From the IMG/VR virus record IMGVR_UViG_3300025122_005623: a stretch of DNA of 37,863 bases; one strand, given 5' to 3'. The position numbers were made by a program, and so were the translations under genes. The notes beneath the pieces are model-generated. The model searched no databases. It had not been told where the DNA came from and saw only the letters and a list, made by a program, of their open reading frames with translations. Below, in pieces: positions 10,634-19,262 of this stretch. Source of the stretch: an uncultured virus (IMG/VR IMGVR_UViG_3300025122_005623). Lineage: Duplodnaviria; Heunggongvirae; Uroviricota; Caudoviricetes. Position 1 is the stretch's first letter. Every line of letters begins with the position of its first letter.

Positions 10634-11905
10634 TTAGGCTGGAACATCCCAAGGGTCGATCTCTTCGTCGGCTACGGGAGTCACCGGTGAAGATATCTGC
10701 TCTTGTTCAGCTACCCAGCCAGAAGCTTCAGCATCGTCCACCACTTTAGGATAAAGCCCAGCAGCAATTGCTCCTCTTTTGACGGTCTGGCTGTAGTTCC
10801 ATGGATATTTGCTTTTATAACCTGCTGGAGGGGAGGAACCGGCCGGCTTACACGCAAAGCAAACTTCAAATTTTACCGCGATTTGTTGAGCACAATTCTC
10901 AGCGGTCGCATTAGGATCGCTAACAAGAGACCCAAAAAGTCTCCTCATATCCTGCGCAACAAATTGAAATTGTTTATCTGAATCGGTAATGGCCGGCAGT
11001 AGTGCCGCTTTGTTCGTTAACTCAATATTATGAAATGCAGCAAAACGCTGCCCTCCTCCGTCGGTCGCGCAAACATTAAGTTGCCAATAGCCAAATGAAC
11101 AATAGTTATTAATCGCCAATGCTCCATTGCCACCCGAACTGCTGCGTTTATCGCCCTGCGCGGCATTCTTAAAGCCTGACTCGTGTTGTGCATTGGCCGC
11201 CAAGCCGCATAGAAACTGATCTGAAAAGCCAGTGAAGTGTCCGCTTTTTTTCATTTTTCTAACAAATTCAACGGCGCCCGGTGCTGGCTCCTGTGGTGTA
11301 GCCGAAAACAAACCTTCCCCCATTATATCTGGAATCATGTTTTTAAACATATCCACAATAGAACCCGGCATGCCCCCCATACTAGGAAATATTTGAGGGG
11401 TCCGCGCAGGATAGCCCACAAACTCTCCACATATCCAGGGGCCACACAGCGAGGCGCCAGGATCATATTTTACATGTACAATCTCTTGGGGAGCGGGCTC
11501 CGAAGACATGAAAGACTTAGGTGACCAGCGAAATCCCGGGAAAAGTGATATCTTATCACCATCGCCGCCATCACCAAGGGAAGGCATCGGGTAGTCCACG
11601 GGCTTTTCGAGGCACTCTGTACGGCCATCTGATAATATCATACATCTTAAAACTCTTACAGGCTGAACCCGAGGCCCATAAAGTGCTTTTTCAACAAGGG
11701 TGGGCGCCGCGTCGTCTACTCGTAATACAACTGCTTCTGCAACATCTGAATCTTCAAAAGTAGAAGGAGTGCATGCTGCTTCATTATTTCGGCTCGTTAA
11801 AGATAGGCCGTCTTCTCGCCGAGGATCGTAACTAACTTTGGCCGGCGTCATGACTCTTTTGGGCCACATTTCATACATTTCTTTAAGCGTTAAATCAATG
11901 CTCAT
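10634..11905 (-). CDS. Baseplate hub protein with lysozyme-like (phage tail lysozyme) domain
   Basis: GLAANAQHESGF (putative catalytic Glu) and SFGYWQL lysozyme-fold motifs; N-terminal region resembles a gp5 OB-fold (AVVLRV...PAPQEIVHVKY). Confidence 0.7.
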   Translation of the reverse strand: MSIDLTLKEMYEMWPKRVMTPAKVSYDPRREDGLSLTSRNNEAACTPSTFEDSDVAEAVVLRVDDAAPTLVEKALYGPRVQPVRVLRCMILSDGRTECLEKPVDYPMPSLGDGGDGDKISLFPGFRWSPKSFMSSEPAPQEIVHVKYDPGASLCGPWICGEFVGYPARTPQIFPSMGGMPGSIVDMFKNMIPDIMGEGLFSATPQEPAPGAVEFVRKMKKSGHFTGFSDQFLCGLAANAQHESGFKNAAQGDKRSSSGGNGALAINNYCSFGYWQLNVCATDGGGQRFAAFHNIELTNKAALLPAITDSDKQFQFVAQDMRRLFGSLVSDPNATAENCAQQIAVKFEVCFACKPAGSSPPAGYKSKYPWNYSQTVKRGAIAAGLYPKVVDDAEASGWVAEQEQISSPVTPVADEEIDPWDVPA

Positions 11906-12200
11906 TATCTTCTTCCTCGTTTAGCATATCGTATAAATCTTCTTTATCCTCTTCGGAAAGTCCCGTAATGTCTCCCTGCTGTTTCTGGAGTAACGCCGAT
12001 AATTTAACCATTTGTTCGTTAGAACGTTGTAGGTTTTCTACATATTTGGCGGCTATAGAGCCTAATTCTTTGCGCGCCCCATCTGACATTTTCATGTCCT
12101 TCATGGCATCCATAAGAAGTGATTTGGCGAGAGCACGATCTTCTCTGACGTTGCGCGTGGCCTCTTGTATATATTCTTCTAAATTTCGCCGCTTTCCCAT
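11895..12200 (-). CDS. Hypothetical helical/coiled-coil protein
   Basis: 101 aa ORF overlapping both neighbours; amphipathic helices and acidic tail. Confidence 0.7.
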   Translation of the reverse strand: MGKRRNLEEYIQEATRNVREDRALAKSLLMDAMKDMKMSDGARKELGSIAAKYVENLQRSNEQMVKLSALLQKQQGDITGLSEEDKEDLYDMLNEEEDNEH

Positions 12201-12880
12201 TTGTTTTTGAATATCCTATATTTTTTACGTAACTTGTTTAAATTATTAACAACTTGTTTGGTATTAAGCCCTGTAATCTCCCGTAAGTATAAGTAAATAG
12301 CTTTTTTATTGAAAATTTCAATATCATTTGAAGACTCAAAAAGAATTTTAACTGCCTTAAGGACCTTTTTTTCATTTTCCTTTAGCATATCTCCATTCCA
12401 ACTTGCTAGTTCCTCAAAAAAATTCTTCCAAAATTCTTCTTCTTCTCTTATCTCCTCATACTGCCTTTCTTTAGAAACAAGATCTTCCTCAAGCTGGTTT
12501 ATTACGTCCTCAAGATAAACTTCTTTTTTGGCGCGCCTGGTGTTTTGTTTTACTTTATGAATAAACCAGTTTTTTGTTACGACACTAAAATAAGAAAACG
12601 CCTTTGATCCCTTGTTGGGATCATATTTGTCCAAAATGGTGGTGAGCCATATTTTACATTCATCGCGAAGATAATCAATATTAGGTAGCGAAGTGAATCT
12701 ATAGGTAAAGATTATTTTATTAACCATCTCGTCAAAAGCCGGCTGAATCAATGTTATATATAATTCGGTGCGTCTTTTATTACATCTTATCTTTGCATAT
12801 TCTACGATAGCATCTTCGTGTATCTGTGTAAAATAATAATTTTTGCGTCTCTTACGACGTTTCTTCGGTGTTTCTGCCAT
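12179..12880 (-). CDS. Phage sigma-factor-like protein (T4 gp55-like)
   Basis: LDKYDPNKGSKAFSYFSVVTKNWF resembles sigma region 2 and the gp55 FDPEK..NPFAYFT motif; C-terminal HTH-like YLREITGLNTKQVVNNL. Start moved to ATG 12880 (GAGGAG upstream). Confidence 0.65.
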   Translation of the reverse strand: MAETPKKRRKRRKNYYFTQIHEDAIVEYAKIRCNKRRTELYITLIQPAFDEMVNKIIFTYRFTSLPNIDYLRDECKIWLTTILDKYDPNKGSKAFSYFSVVTKNWFIHKVKQNTRRAKKEVYLEDVINQLEEDLVSKERQYEEIREEEEFWKNFFEELASWNGDMLKENEKKVLKAVKILFESSNDIEIFNKKAIYLYLREITGLNTKQVVNNLNKLRKKYRIFKNKWESGEI

Positions 12881-13181
12881 CAGCCATCTCCTCTTCAATC
12901 ATTTCTAAATCGGTCGTAAGACCATATATTTCTTCAAATCTTTCTACTTCTTCGCAAACGAGCTTCGTTTTGGCAATGAATTCTTCCATAATGGGCTCGC
13001 CATAAAACATTTCCATGTTGTACATAGATGTAGTAAAATCTTCAAACATTCGAAATGTTATATACAAATCTCCAAGATTATCGGCTGTATATAGAAGTTT
13101 TCCTAAGATCTTTAAGACGTACCAGATCAGAAATATATTTAACAACAATGAAAAACATAATATTATAATCAGCCACATCAT
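12852..13181 (-). CDS. Hypothetical protein with N-terminal transmembrane helix
   Basis: Hydrophobic N-terminus MMWLIIILCFSLLLNIFLIWYVL; ATGA overlap with upstream gene. Confidence 0.7.
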   Translation of the reverse strand: MMWLIIILCFSLLLNIFLIWYVLKILGKLLYTADNLGDLYITFRMFEDFTTSMYNMEMFYGEPIMEEFIAKTKLVCEEVERFEEIYGLTTDLEMIEEEMADGRNTEETS

Positions 13182-13429
13182 CGTTTTTTCTCCAGTTCGT
13201 TCCGTTGCATTTTTAGATCAGTGCGAGACTGCTCGATAAACTCTTCAGTTATCTTGCCAACTTTCCCGCGCGATTGTGTTTTTTTAACGTCAACCGTAGG
13301 TCGAGTCAATAGTTTGCTTAAACTATTCTCCTCGTTGCATAGTTGACACCTCTCTAACACCTCTTCAGAGCCGTGCATAACTAAAAATTCATTAGAGCAC
13401 GCCTCGCACCTATAAAAATACCGCGGCAT
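13178..13429 (-). CDS. FmdB-family zinc-ribbon protein
   Basis: MPRYFYRCEACSNEF...CQLC pattern (MPxYxYxCxxC...CxxC). Confidence 0.8.
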   Translation of the reverse strand: MPRYFYRCEACSNEFLVMHGSEEVLERCQLCNEENSLSKLLTRPTVDVKKTQSRGKVGKITEEFIEQSRTDLKMQRNELEKKR

Positions 13430-13665
13430 TATTCCTCTATAGGAATTTCAGAACCTACAAGCTCTTCTACCACTCCTGGAACGTCAGTTGGTTCTACATT
13501 CTCAAATGTAACCACCGGCGGATTTGTCACAATTAATTCGCCTTGGCTCGGCCCATTAGGTTGAAAGTTCATTTCTTTCAGAATCGGAACTATGTCCGTT
13601 TCCTCCATAAGACATTTCTGAAGAGCCATCATCACGGCTCCCAGGGCCTGATTGGACAACTTCAT
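13429..13665 (-). CDS. Hypothetical protein
   Basis: 78 aa ORF with TAATG coupling at both ends. Confidence 0.75.
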   Translation of the reverse strand: MKLSNQALGAVMMALQKCLMEETDIVPILKEMNFQPNGPSQGELIVTNPPVVTFENVEPTDVPGVVEELVGSEIPIEE

Positions 13666-13826
13666 TATTTTTTACTCTCCTCTAAAGCACGCAGGCGCGC
13701 ATCGACATCATTTAAATGCTTTTCTAGCTCACGCGCATGTTCACGAAAAGCCGTACGCAAAGCATCGTCCATTAGTTCTTTAGCTCGTCCTTCCGTTAAG
13801 TACTTAATATTTTTTGTTAATTTCAT
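13665..13826 (-). CDS. Small hypothetical coiled-coil protein (53 aa, not in ORF track)
   Basis: AGGAGGT Shine-Dalgarno then A-run then ATG; MKLTKNIKYLTEGRAKELMDDALRTAFREHARELEKHLNDVDARLRALEESKK; TAA overlaps next ATG. Confidence 0.8.
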   Translation of the reverse strand: MKLTKNIKYLTEGRAKELMDDALRTAFREHARELEKHLNDVDARLRALEESKK

Positions 13827-13837
13827 TTTTTTACCTC

Positions 13838-14788
13838 CTACCAATGAAAATTATTCTTATAGTGTTTAACTATATTTTCTATCTCTCTCTCAAAATCTTT
13901 TTGTGGTTCCCAGCCCAAAGCTCGTAATTTATCATCATTTAGAGCATAACGTACGTCCTGGCCTTCTCTAACTTTGTCCCAACCCACATATTTTTGCCAG
14001 TCTTCGTCGGTACCATGATATTCTTTAATAATTTTTCGTACCGTTTCTTTGTTTTCCTGCTCAAACGCGCCGGCCACATTAAAAATTTCATTTTGAACGC
14101 CGCTCTCAATAATAGTTATAACTGCCCGGGCGGTGTCCGCTGCGTGTAACCAATTACGAACCGGGAGCCCCTTATCGTGTAACCGTACGTTCTTGTTTCT
14201 TTGAAGCATTTTAATTGTTAATGGTACCAGTTTTTCCGCACATTGTCGTATCCCATAATTGTTGGTCGGGCGCAACAGAATATAATTTATCCCATATGTT
14301 CTCGCCCAGGCCTGAACTAACATGTCGGCAGCTGCTTTTGAGGCCGAGTAGGGATTACTTGGGTTCAAAAGATCTCCTTCATAATGAAACCCCTCTAATA
14401 TATCACCGTACACCTCATCGGTGCTAAACTGAAAAAAGGTGGGGCGTTCGCAAACATTGTCTGGTTTGTGTCGAACTACCTCCAGTAAATTTTTAACTCC
14501 TCGTACATTAGTAGAAATAAAGTCAGTGCTATCAATAATGCTATTTCCAACATGAGTTTCTGCAGCCGTATTTATAATATAGTCGCAGTCCGGAAGCCAC
14601 TTAATATCGCAAATATCTTCTCGTACAAAATAAAAGTTCTTATTGCTTTCAAATTGAGAAATCAACTCTTTATTTGCAGCATGCGTACACTTATCAATAC
14701 CATATACTTTCCAGCCGCGCTCCAAACACACTTCGGTTACATATGATCCAATGAATCCCAAACACCCTGTAATGGTTACTATCTTCAC
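13838..14788 (-). CDS. rfbB: NDP-hexose 4,6-dehydratase (dTDP-glucose 4,6-dehydratase-like)
   Basis: TGCLGFIG, AAETHV, STDEVYG, YSASK, NNYG, RNWLH and D-x-RYAL motifs. Confidence 0.88.
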   Translation of the reverse strand: MKIVTITGCLGFIGSYVTEVCLERGWKVYGIDKCTHAANKELISQFESNKNFYFVREDICDIKWLPDCDYIINTAAETHVGNSIIDSTDFISTNVRGVKNLLEVVRHKPDNVCERPTFFQFSTDEVYGDILEGFHYEGDLLNPSNPYSASKAAADMLVQAWARTYGINYILLRPTNNYGIRQCAEKLVPLTIKMLQRNKNVRLHDKGLPVRNWLHAADTARAVITIIESGVQNEIFNVAGAFEQENKETVRKIIKEYHGTDEDWQKYVGWDKVREGQDVRYALNDDKLRALGWEPQKDFEREIENIVKHYKNNFHW

Positions 14789-15148
14789 TTAGTCTCCCTT
14801 TACAATCCTATAACTATCAGTATCAAAATGTTGCGTCGAAAATTCAAATAGAGCCGTGTCTTCCAATGCTAGCATTTGGTGTCTAAGTCCTGTATGAACG
14901 TGAAAATTATCTCCGGGGCCCAAAATCACTTCTTGTGCGGTATTCAGATCATCTCGATCAGAATACCTTACCAAGACCCTTCCGGATTGGATATAAAAGA
15001 CCTCATCCTTGATTTTATGAAAATGCCACGAGCATCGCCTTCCCTTAACAAAATAAAGAAGCTTTCCACAATACTTTTCACAATTCACAATCCATTTTTC
15101 AAACCCCCACCCCTTGGGCACAAATTTAATCGGTAAAGAATTCTTCAT
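14789..15148 (-). CDS. Cupin-domain protein (sugar isomerase-like)
   Basis: KGWGFE...SWHFHKIKDEVFY...GLRHQM cupin metal motifs. Confidence 0.8.
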   Translation of the reverse strand: MKNSLPIKFVPKGWGFEKWIVNCEKYCGKLLYFVKGRRCSWHFHKIKDEVFYIQSGRVLVRYSDRDDLNTAQEVILGPGDNFHVHTGLRHQMLALEDTALFEFSTQHFDTDSYRIVKGD

Positions 15149-15449
15149 CTGTTATTCCTTTATCGTCGACATATACATCACCGGCCGGCTTTCCCAAAAA
15201 CAAAGTATGATATTTTACTCCCCATGAGTCTAGTTGGTTCTGCGTAAACTCATAAAACATTTCATGAGCAGCTGTAGAATCATTATGGCTGCGCCCCATT
15301 CCACGGGCAGTCTGAAATATCACCGTATTGCCCGCGTCATAGAGATGATTAATTTTTTCAATTCGCTCAGGAAAGGGTGTGGCTGTTTTATAGCTACTGC
15401 CATCTTGTGTACAAATAGTGCCATCAATATCAAATACATATGTTCTCAT
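15126..15449 (-). CDS. Small HAD-family phosphatase (capsule biosynthesis phosphatase type)
   Basis: FDIDGTIC motif I, TARG motif II, GKP...YVDDK motifs III/IV. Confidence 0.85.
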   Translation of the reverse strand: MRTYVFDIDGTICTQDGSSYKTATPFPERIEKINHLYDAGNTVIFQTARGMGRSHNDSTAAHEMFYEFTQNQLDSWGVKYHTLFLGKPAGDVYVDDKGITDEEFFTD

Positions 15450-15841
15450 GCCTTGCTCGTTTTTAGGATATTACTTGTAGAATATCCTTCAATAAAATTA
15501 AAAATCACGACCTCCGCGATGTCGTTTCCGACCACGTCGTCTATTTTGTAATCGCCTCCTTTGACAATGATATCAGGTTGTAATGATTTTATTAAGTTAT
15601 ATGGCTCTAACTCTTTAAATGAAATTACCTCATCCACATATTTACACGCTTGAAGCATAAATATTCTGTCTTCTAGAGCAAAGTATGGCCGGCCGGGGCC
15701 TTTAAGGTGAGATACACTATTATCACTATTAATGCCAACCACTACCCTTCCCAGGGATTTGCAAAATTTTAATAACTCAAAATGTCCACGATGTAACACA
15801 TCAAAACACCCATTAGTAAAAACGGTTTTAGTAGTTTGCAT
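15446..15841 (-). CDS. Sugar-1-phosphate nucleotidyltransferase, RfaE/HldE domain II (HldC-like)
   Basis: FTNGCFDVLHRGH, GINSDNSV..LKGPGRP, PDIIVKGGDY, GYSTS. Start moved to ATG 15841. Confidence 0.88.
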   Translation of the reverse strand: MQTTKTVFTNGCFDVLHRGHFELLKFCKSLGRVVVGINSDNSVSHLKGPGRPYFALEDRIFMLQACKYVDEVISFKELEPYNLIKSLQPDIIVKGGDYKIDDVVGNDIAEVVIFNFIEGYSTSNILKTSKA

Positions 15842-16754
15842 ACCACGGACTTTCAATTAAGGCATACGCCTTAACAAGTTGCTCGATACTAGTATCCAAA
15901 TCGTACAGACAATTAAACCCTTTATCGTATATCTTTTGGCTGCTCACCACATAATCTCGGACGTCTGGGTCTTTCGTGAACTCTGCCTTAATAATTTCTA
16001 GAGGCAGCTGTTCTCCTATCTTTTGAGCAAGTTGTAGCTTATTCATGTTCATGGCATCGTGACCTAAATTATAAGTATCATTTTTGCATGCGTCCCAATT
16101 GTCGATAAGAAATTTAAACGCTCGGCAAACATCCCAAATGTGAACATAATTTCTCATGAATTCGCATTCATACAATATCAGAAGGCGATCTCGCAAAGCT
16201 CGTAAAACAAAATTATTAACTAATAAATCTGTGCGCATGCGGCTCGAAGGACCACAAACCGTGGCTAATCGAAAGGTGGCACAATTATTAGTATTCCTGA
16301 ATACTGTTTCGGCATCCACCTTGGTCCTTCCGTATAAGGAAACCGGATTTAGCGGTGACTCTTCCGTGACCACCGAGCCATCTACGCTTCGGCCATAGCC
16401 CGAATTTGTACACGGATAAATTATAATTTGATTATCAGATTTGTTTTCTGCCAGCCACCTGTTGGCTTCAAAGTTAACCTGGGCTGCCTCAACGGGTTTT
16501 TGTTCGCAAAGAGGAAACCCCACCAATGCAGCCAAAGGAATAACCACATCAGCATCTTTTAAAAGGGCGGCATAAAGTTTGGTATCGCGGACGTCTCCAC
16601 GAACAAATGTAAAATTTTCGTTCTGGACATAGCGGAGCAACGAGTCCTTATCGTACATCAAAGTATCCAAAACTGTTACATTATGCTCGGGCAACAAAAA
16701 TTGAATAAGCTCGCTACCAATATACCCAGCTCCGCCAGTAATAAGTATTTTCAT
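15828..16754 (-). CDS. NAD-dependent epimerase/dehydratase (extended SDR)
   Basis: TGGAGYIGS, LAALVG, YGRTK, RLATVCGPSSRMR. Confidence 0.88.
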   Translation of the reverse strand: MKILITGGAGYIGSELIQFLLPEHNVTVLDTLMYDKDSLLRYVQNENFTFVRGDVRDTKLYAALLKDADVVIPLAALVGFPLCEQKPVEAAQVNFEANRWLAENKSDNQIIIYPCTNSGYGRSVDGSVVTEESPLNPVSLYGRTKVDAETVFRNTNNCATFRLATVCGPSSRMRTDLLVNNFVLRALRDRLLILYECEFMRNYVHIWDVCRAFKFLIDNWDACKNDTYNLGHDAMNMNKLQLAQKIGEQLPLEIIKAEFTKDPDVRDYVVSSQKIYDKGFNCLYDLDTSIEQLVKAYALIESPWYANY

Positions 16755-16966
16755 TCTTTATTCTCCCTTATACCATACGGCACATAATTACAAATTCTCT
16801 CATATGCATAATAAACAAAAAACCCTGTTATATTCATGTAAATGGCATTCATTAACGCATCATCAGTTAAACCCCACACCAAAATTATAAAACTATTTGC
16901 AATTGCTAGCAATCTCCATATAATCGTTTTTATAATACTTCTTGTTTTAGTTTCAGCGGGACACAT
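16751..16966 (-). CDS. DUF2061-like small membrane protein
   Basis: ETKTRSIIKTIIWR...YYAYERI pattern with two hydrophobic segments. Confidence 0.7.
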   Translation of the reverse strand: MCPAETKTRSIIKTIIWRLLAIANSFIILVWGLTDDALMNAIYMNITGFFVYYAYERICNYVPYGIRENKE

Positions 16967-16969
16967 ACC

Positions 16970-17260
16970 CTACCACTCAATCTTTCCTGTTATAATATCT
17001 TTCAGCATTATCCAATCGCATGCTTTAGCCCACAGGGGTCTCGACCAGGCGGCAGGCTTATTTTTTTCAAAAAGCATATGGCCTCCCCACGCAAAGGGAT
17101 AAACCACAAAAGGAACCAGCAAAAGAAGCAACCAAGACCTTAACACAATTGCCGCCAACAATGTTAATACAGTAACAATCTGTCCAATTACGTGCAGGCG
17201 CCTAGAGTTTTTGTTTTGGTGCAGTGTTAAATAATATTGATAATATTCTTTAAACGACAT
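16970..17260 (-). CDS. DUF962/Mpo1-like membrane protein
   Basis: YYLTLHQNKNSRRLHVIG...YPFAWGGHMLFEKNKPA. Confidence 0.85.
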   Translation of the reverse strand: MSFKEYYQYYLTLHQNKNSRRLHVIGQIVTVLTLLAAIVLRSWLLLLLVPFVVYPFAWGGHMLFEKNKPAAWSRPLWAKACDWIMLKDIITGKIEW

Positions 17261-18128
17261 TTTTTGTCCTCAAAAATAATTCACAGTCGGGCTTTTGTTC
17301 GTATTTTTTAATAACGGAAGCATACGTTTCTAGTAGCTGTTCTTTGTTTGTGTCTTTTGTCCAATCGGTTTTTCTTTTTCTCCATGGGGGTAGTTCAAAA
17401 TTAATTTCCCCCTCTCCTCGGCCTTTTATAAAATTTCTTATATCGTCTGCATGCTGAAACAGTTTTTCATATTTTATGCATAAAGTATCAATTCCTCGTT
17501 GCTTCCACCAGCAATCCAAATGCCTTTCCAGGCCTAATATATCTTTATACAAATAGTTTTCCAAAAAATCTTCACTAGTGTCGCATAAAAGCTCTAAATA
17601 GTGGTTATTGCCAGTCAACCATTGCGCTGGTCCCGCCTTCATTTTTTGAACAAAGGATAATAAAATATTTAATGGATGACTATACAAATAAATAACTTTA
17701 TCGTCTTCTTCTATTTCCCACATAAATCCGCCTTCCTCGCTGGTCATTAAACAGTTTTTGCCTTTCCACTTAAAACAATGAGAATGACTCTTTAATACTG
17801 GATATTTGCTGCCGGACGCTGAGAGTTGGGCGGCCATGCAGGCCTGCCCCAACTTTTCATGTAGCAAACTAGATCCTGAGTGTCCCGGGCTTACAATCCA
17901 CACGGTTGGCTGATATAGAAAATCTTTATCGTGGGGGAGGGTGCCCGGGGCCCAAGGCGGGGCGCTGAAGCGGCGCCTTAGCTGCCGCTTTGCTATGTAT
18001 ATATTGCGGTTTCCCAAAGGCTCAAGCACCCTAAAGGCCGGGTCTTGACGAAGCTTCTCCCTGGCGCGCACAACCTCGACTAGATCTTTGGTGTAGGTTG
18101 CCTGGCTGTAGGGGGTTTTATCAGACAT
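17250..18128 (-). CDS. Putative sulfotransferase-fold protein
   Basis: SPGHSGSSLL (5'-PSB-like loop), LKSHSH, YLYSHPLNILLS (3'-PB-like) and IKYEKL in canonical order. Confidence 0.55.
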   Translation of the reverse strand: MSDKTPYSQATYTKDLVEVVRAREKLRQDPAFRVLEPLGNRNIYIAKRQLRRRFSAPPWAPGTLPHDKDFLYQPTVWIVSPGHSGSSLLHEKLGQACMAAQLSASGSKYPVLKSHSHCFKWKGKNCLMTSEEGGFMWEIEEDDKVIYLYSHPLNILLSFVQKMKAGPAQWLTGNNHYLELLCDTSEDFLENYLYKDILGLERHLDCWWKQRGIDTLCIKYEKLFQHADDIRNFIKGRGEGEINFELPPWRKRKTDWTKDTNKEQLLETYASVIKKYEQKPDCELFLRTKNVV

Positions 18129-18861
18129 CTATTATATTAACTCCTTTTTGTTGAACTACCAACGTTGCACACTCGTTCGCAAAAGCTATAGCATCCATTA
18201 TATTATATTCTAAACCATATTTGTATACCAATGCTGCTAAAAATGTATCGCCGGCGCCGGTTAAATCTTTAATCTCTACTTTGTCAACCAAAAATGTCTT
18301 ATCCGCGTAAGAAGCTCCTTTTGATCCCATAGTAACAATTAATTTTTCTTTATACCAGTCTATGCCCTCTACGAGATGCTGTGTTTTTTCATATTCTGTT
18401 TGATTAATTTTGATAAAATTTATATGATAGGCCCACTCGCCTAAAAGTTTTTTAGTATCTAAAAACACGTTTTGGTGTTGGCGAGAAATATATTCTATAT
18501 CTTCTTCGGACAAAAATCCTTTATCATAGTCCGAAATAATAATCGCGTCGTAGTCACTATAGGAATAGAGTTCTATGTCTTCTATTTTCTCTATTTTTTC
18601 TTCTCCAGAATCAACTCTAATAACCATATGGTTAGTTTTTTCTTCCACATATCTTGTTTTGACAATTTCCGTAGTATTAGTAACCAGATCGACATCTACC
18701 TTAAAAGAAAGTAGGTTCTCATATACATTGGCCGCCATCCCCCGGTTTTCGCGCTGATATTGCGGAACAAATACCGGAACTGGCGCGGCCGGAGCGAGCC
18801 TATCACACTTCCCGTAAACGAACACGTCTTTGCAACTATCTCCTATTACTAAAACCTTCAT
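18121..18861 (-). CDS. PfkB-family sugar kinase, RfaE/HldE domain I (HldA-like)
   Basis: VIGDSCKDVFVYG...RLAPAAPVPV, GMAANV, KTRY, ISDYDKG, DLTGAGDTF. Confidence 0.88.
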   Translation of the reverse strand: MKVLVIGDSCKDVFVYGKCDRLAPAAPVPVFVPQYQRENRGMAANVYENLLSFKVDVDLVTNTTEIVKTRYVEEKTNHMVIRVDSGEEKIEKIEDIELYSYSDYDAIIISDYDKGFLSEEDIEYISRQHQNVFLDTKKLLGEWAYHINFIKINQTEYEKTQHLVEGIDWYKEKLIVTMGSKGASYADKTFLVDKVEIKDLTGAGDTFLAALVYKYGLEYNIMDAIAFANECATLVVQQKGVNIIDV

Positions 18862-19262
18862 TTCCAGCTAATTTTCCAATCTTTAAACTCGGCCGCCAAA
18901 CAATCAATTTTATAATCTTTACGTCCGCCCACCACTTCTTGAATCTTATTCTTCGCAGTGTTGCGAATACCATTAAGCCCGTGCGTAAGTTCTAGGTTGT
19001 TGCCATCTTTAATTCCCTTACGGTAATTTGATTCATTATGCCATATGTGTAGATTCATTTGAGATAAGACCACTATTGCACGAATTGTTTCCGCTGTAAT
19101 ATCTGCGCCCTCGTCCAAACAAAGCTGAATATCATGAACGATGTCTGCTATTTCTTGAGCATATTCTTCCTTGTGATCGGTTATAAACACTTCTTTAAGT
19201 TGGGCTATCGAAAGGCGGTCGACAAGTTCCGAAAGGGTGGGAAGATATCTACGTTGATTCAT
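18858..19262 (-). CDS. Hypothetical helical protein (DUF6165-like)
   Basis: SELVDRLSIAQLK...NLHIWHNE...RNTAKNKI pattern recalled from proteins in glycosylation loci. Confidence 0.6.
   Translation of the reverse strand: MNQRRYLPTLSELVDRLSIAQLKEVFITDHKEEYAQEIADIVHDIQLCLDEGADITAETIRAIVVLSQMNLHIWHNESNYRKGIKDGNNLELTHGLNGIRNTAKNKIQEVVGGRKDYKIDCLAAEFKDWKISWK

Noticed and set aside
140..11905. T6SS, eCIS or tailocin instead of phage
   Set aside because: The T4 gp6-type wedge, gp55-like sigma, PhoH and phage-style small genes favour a true myovirus, although capsid and terminase genes are not in the window.
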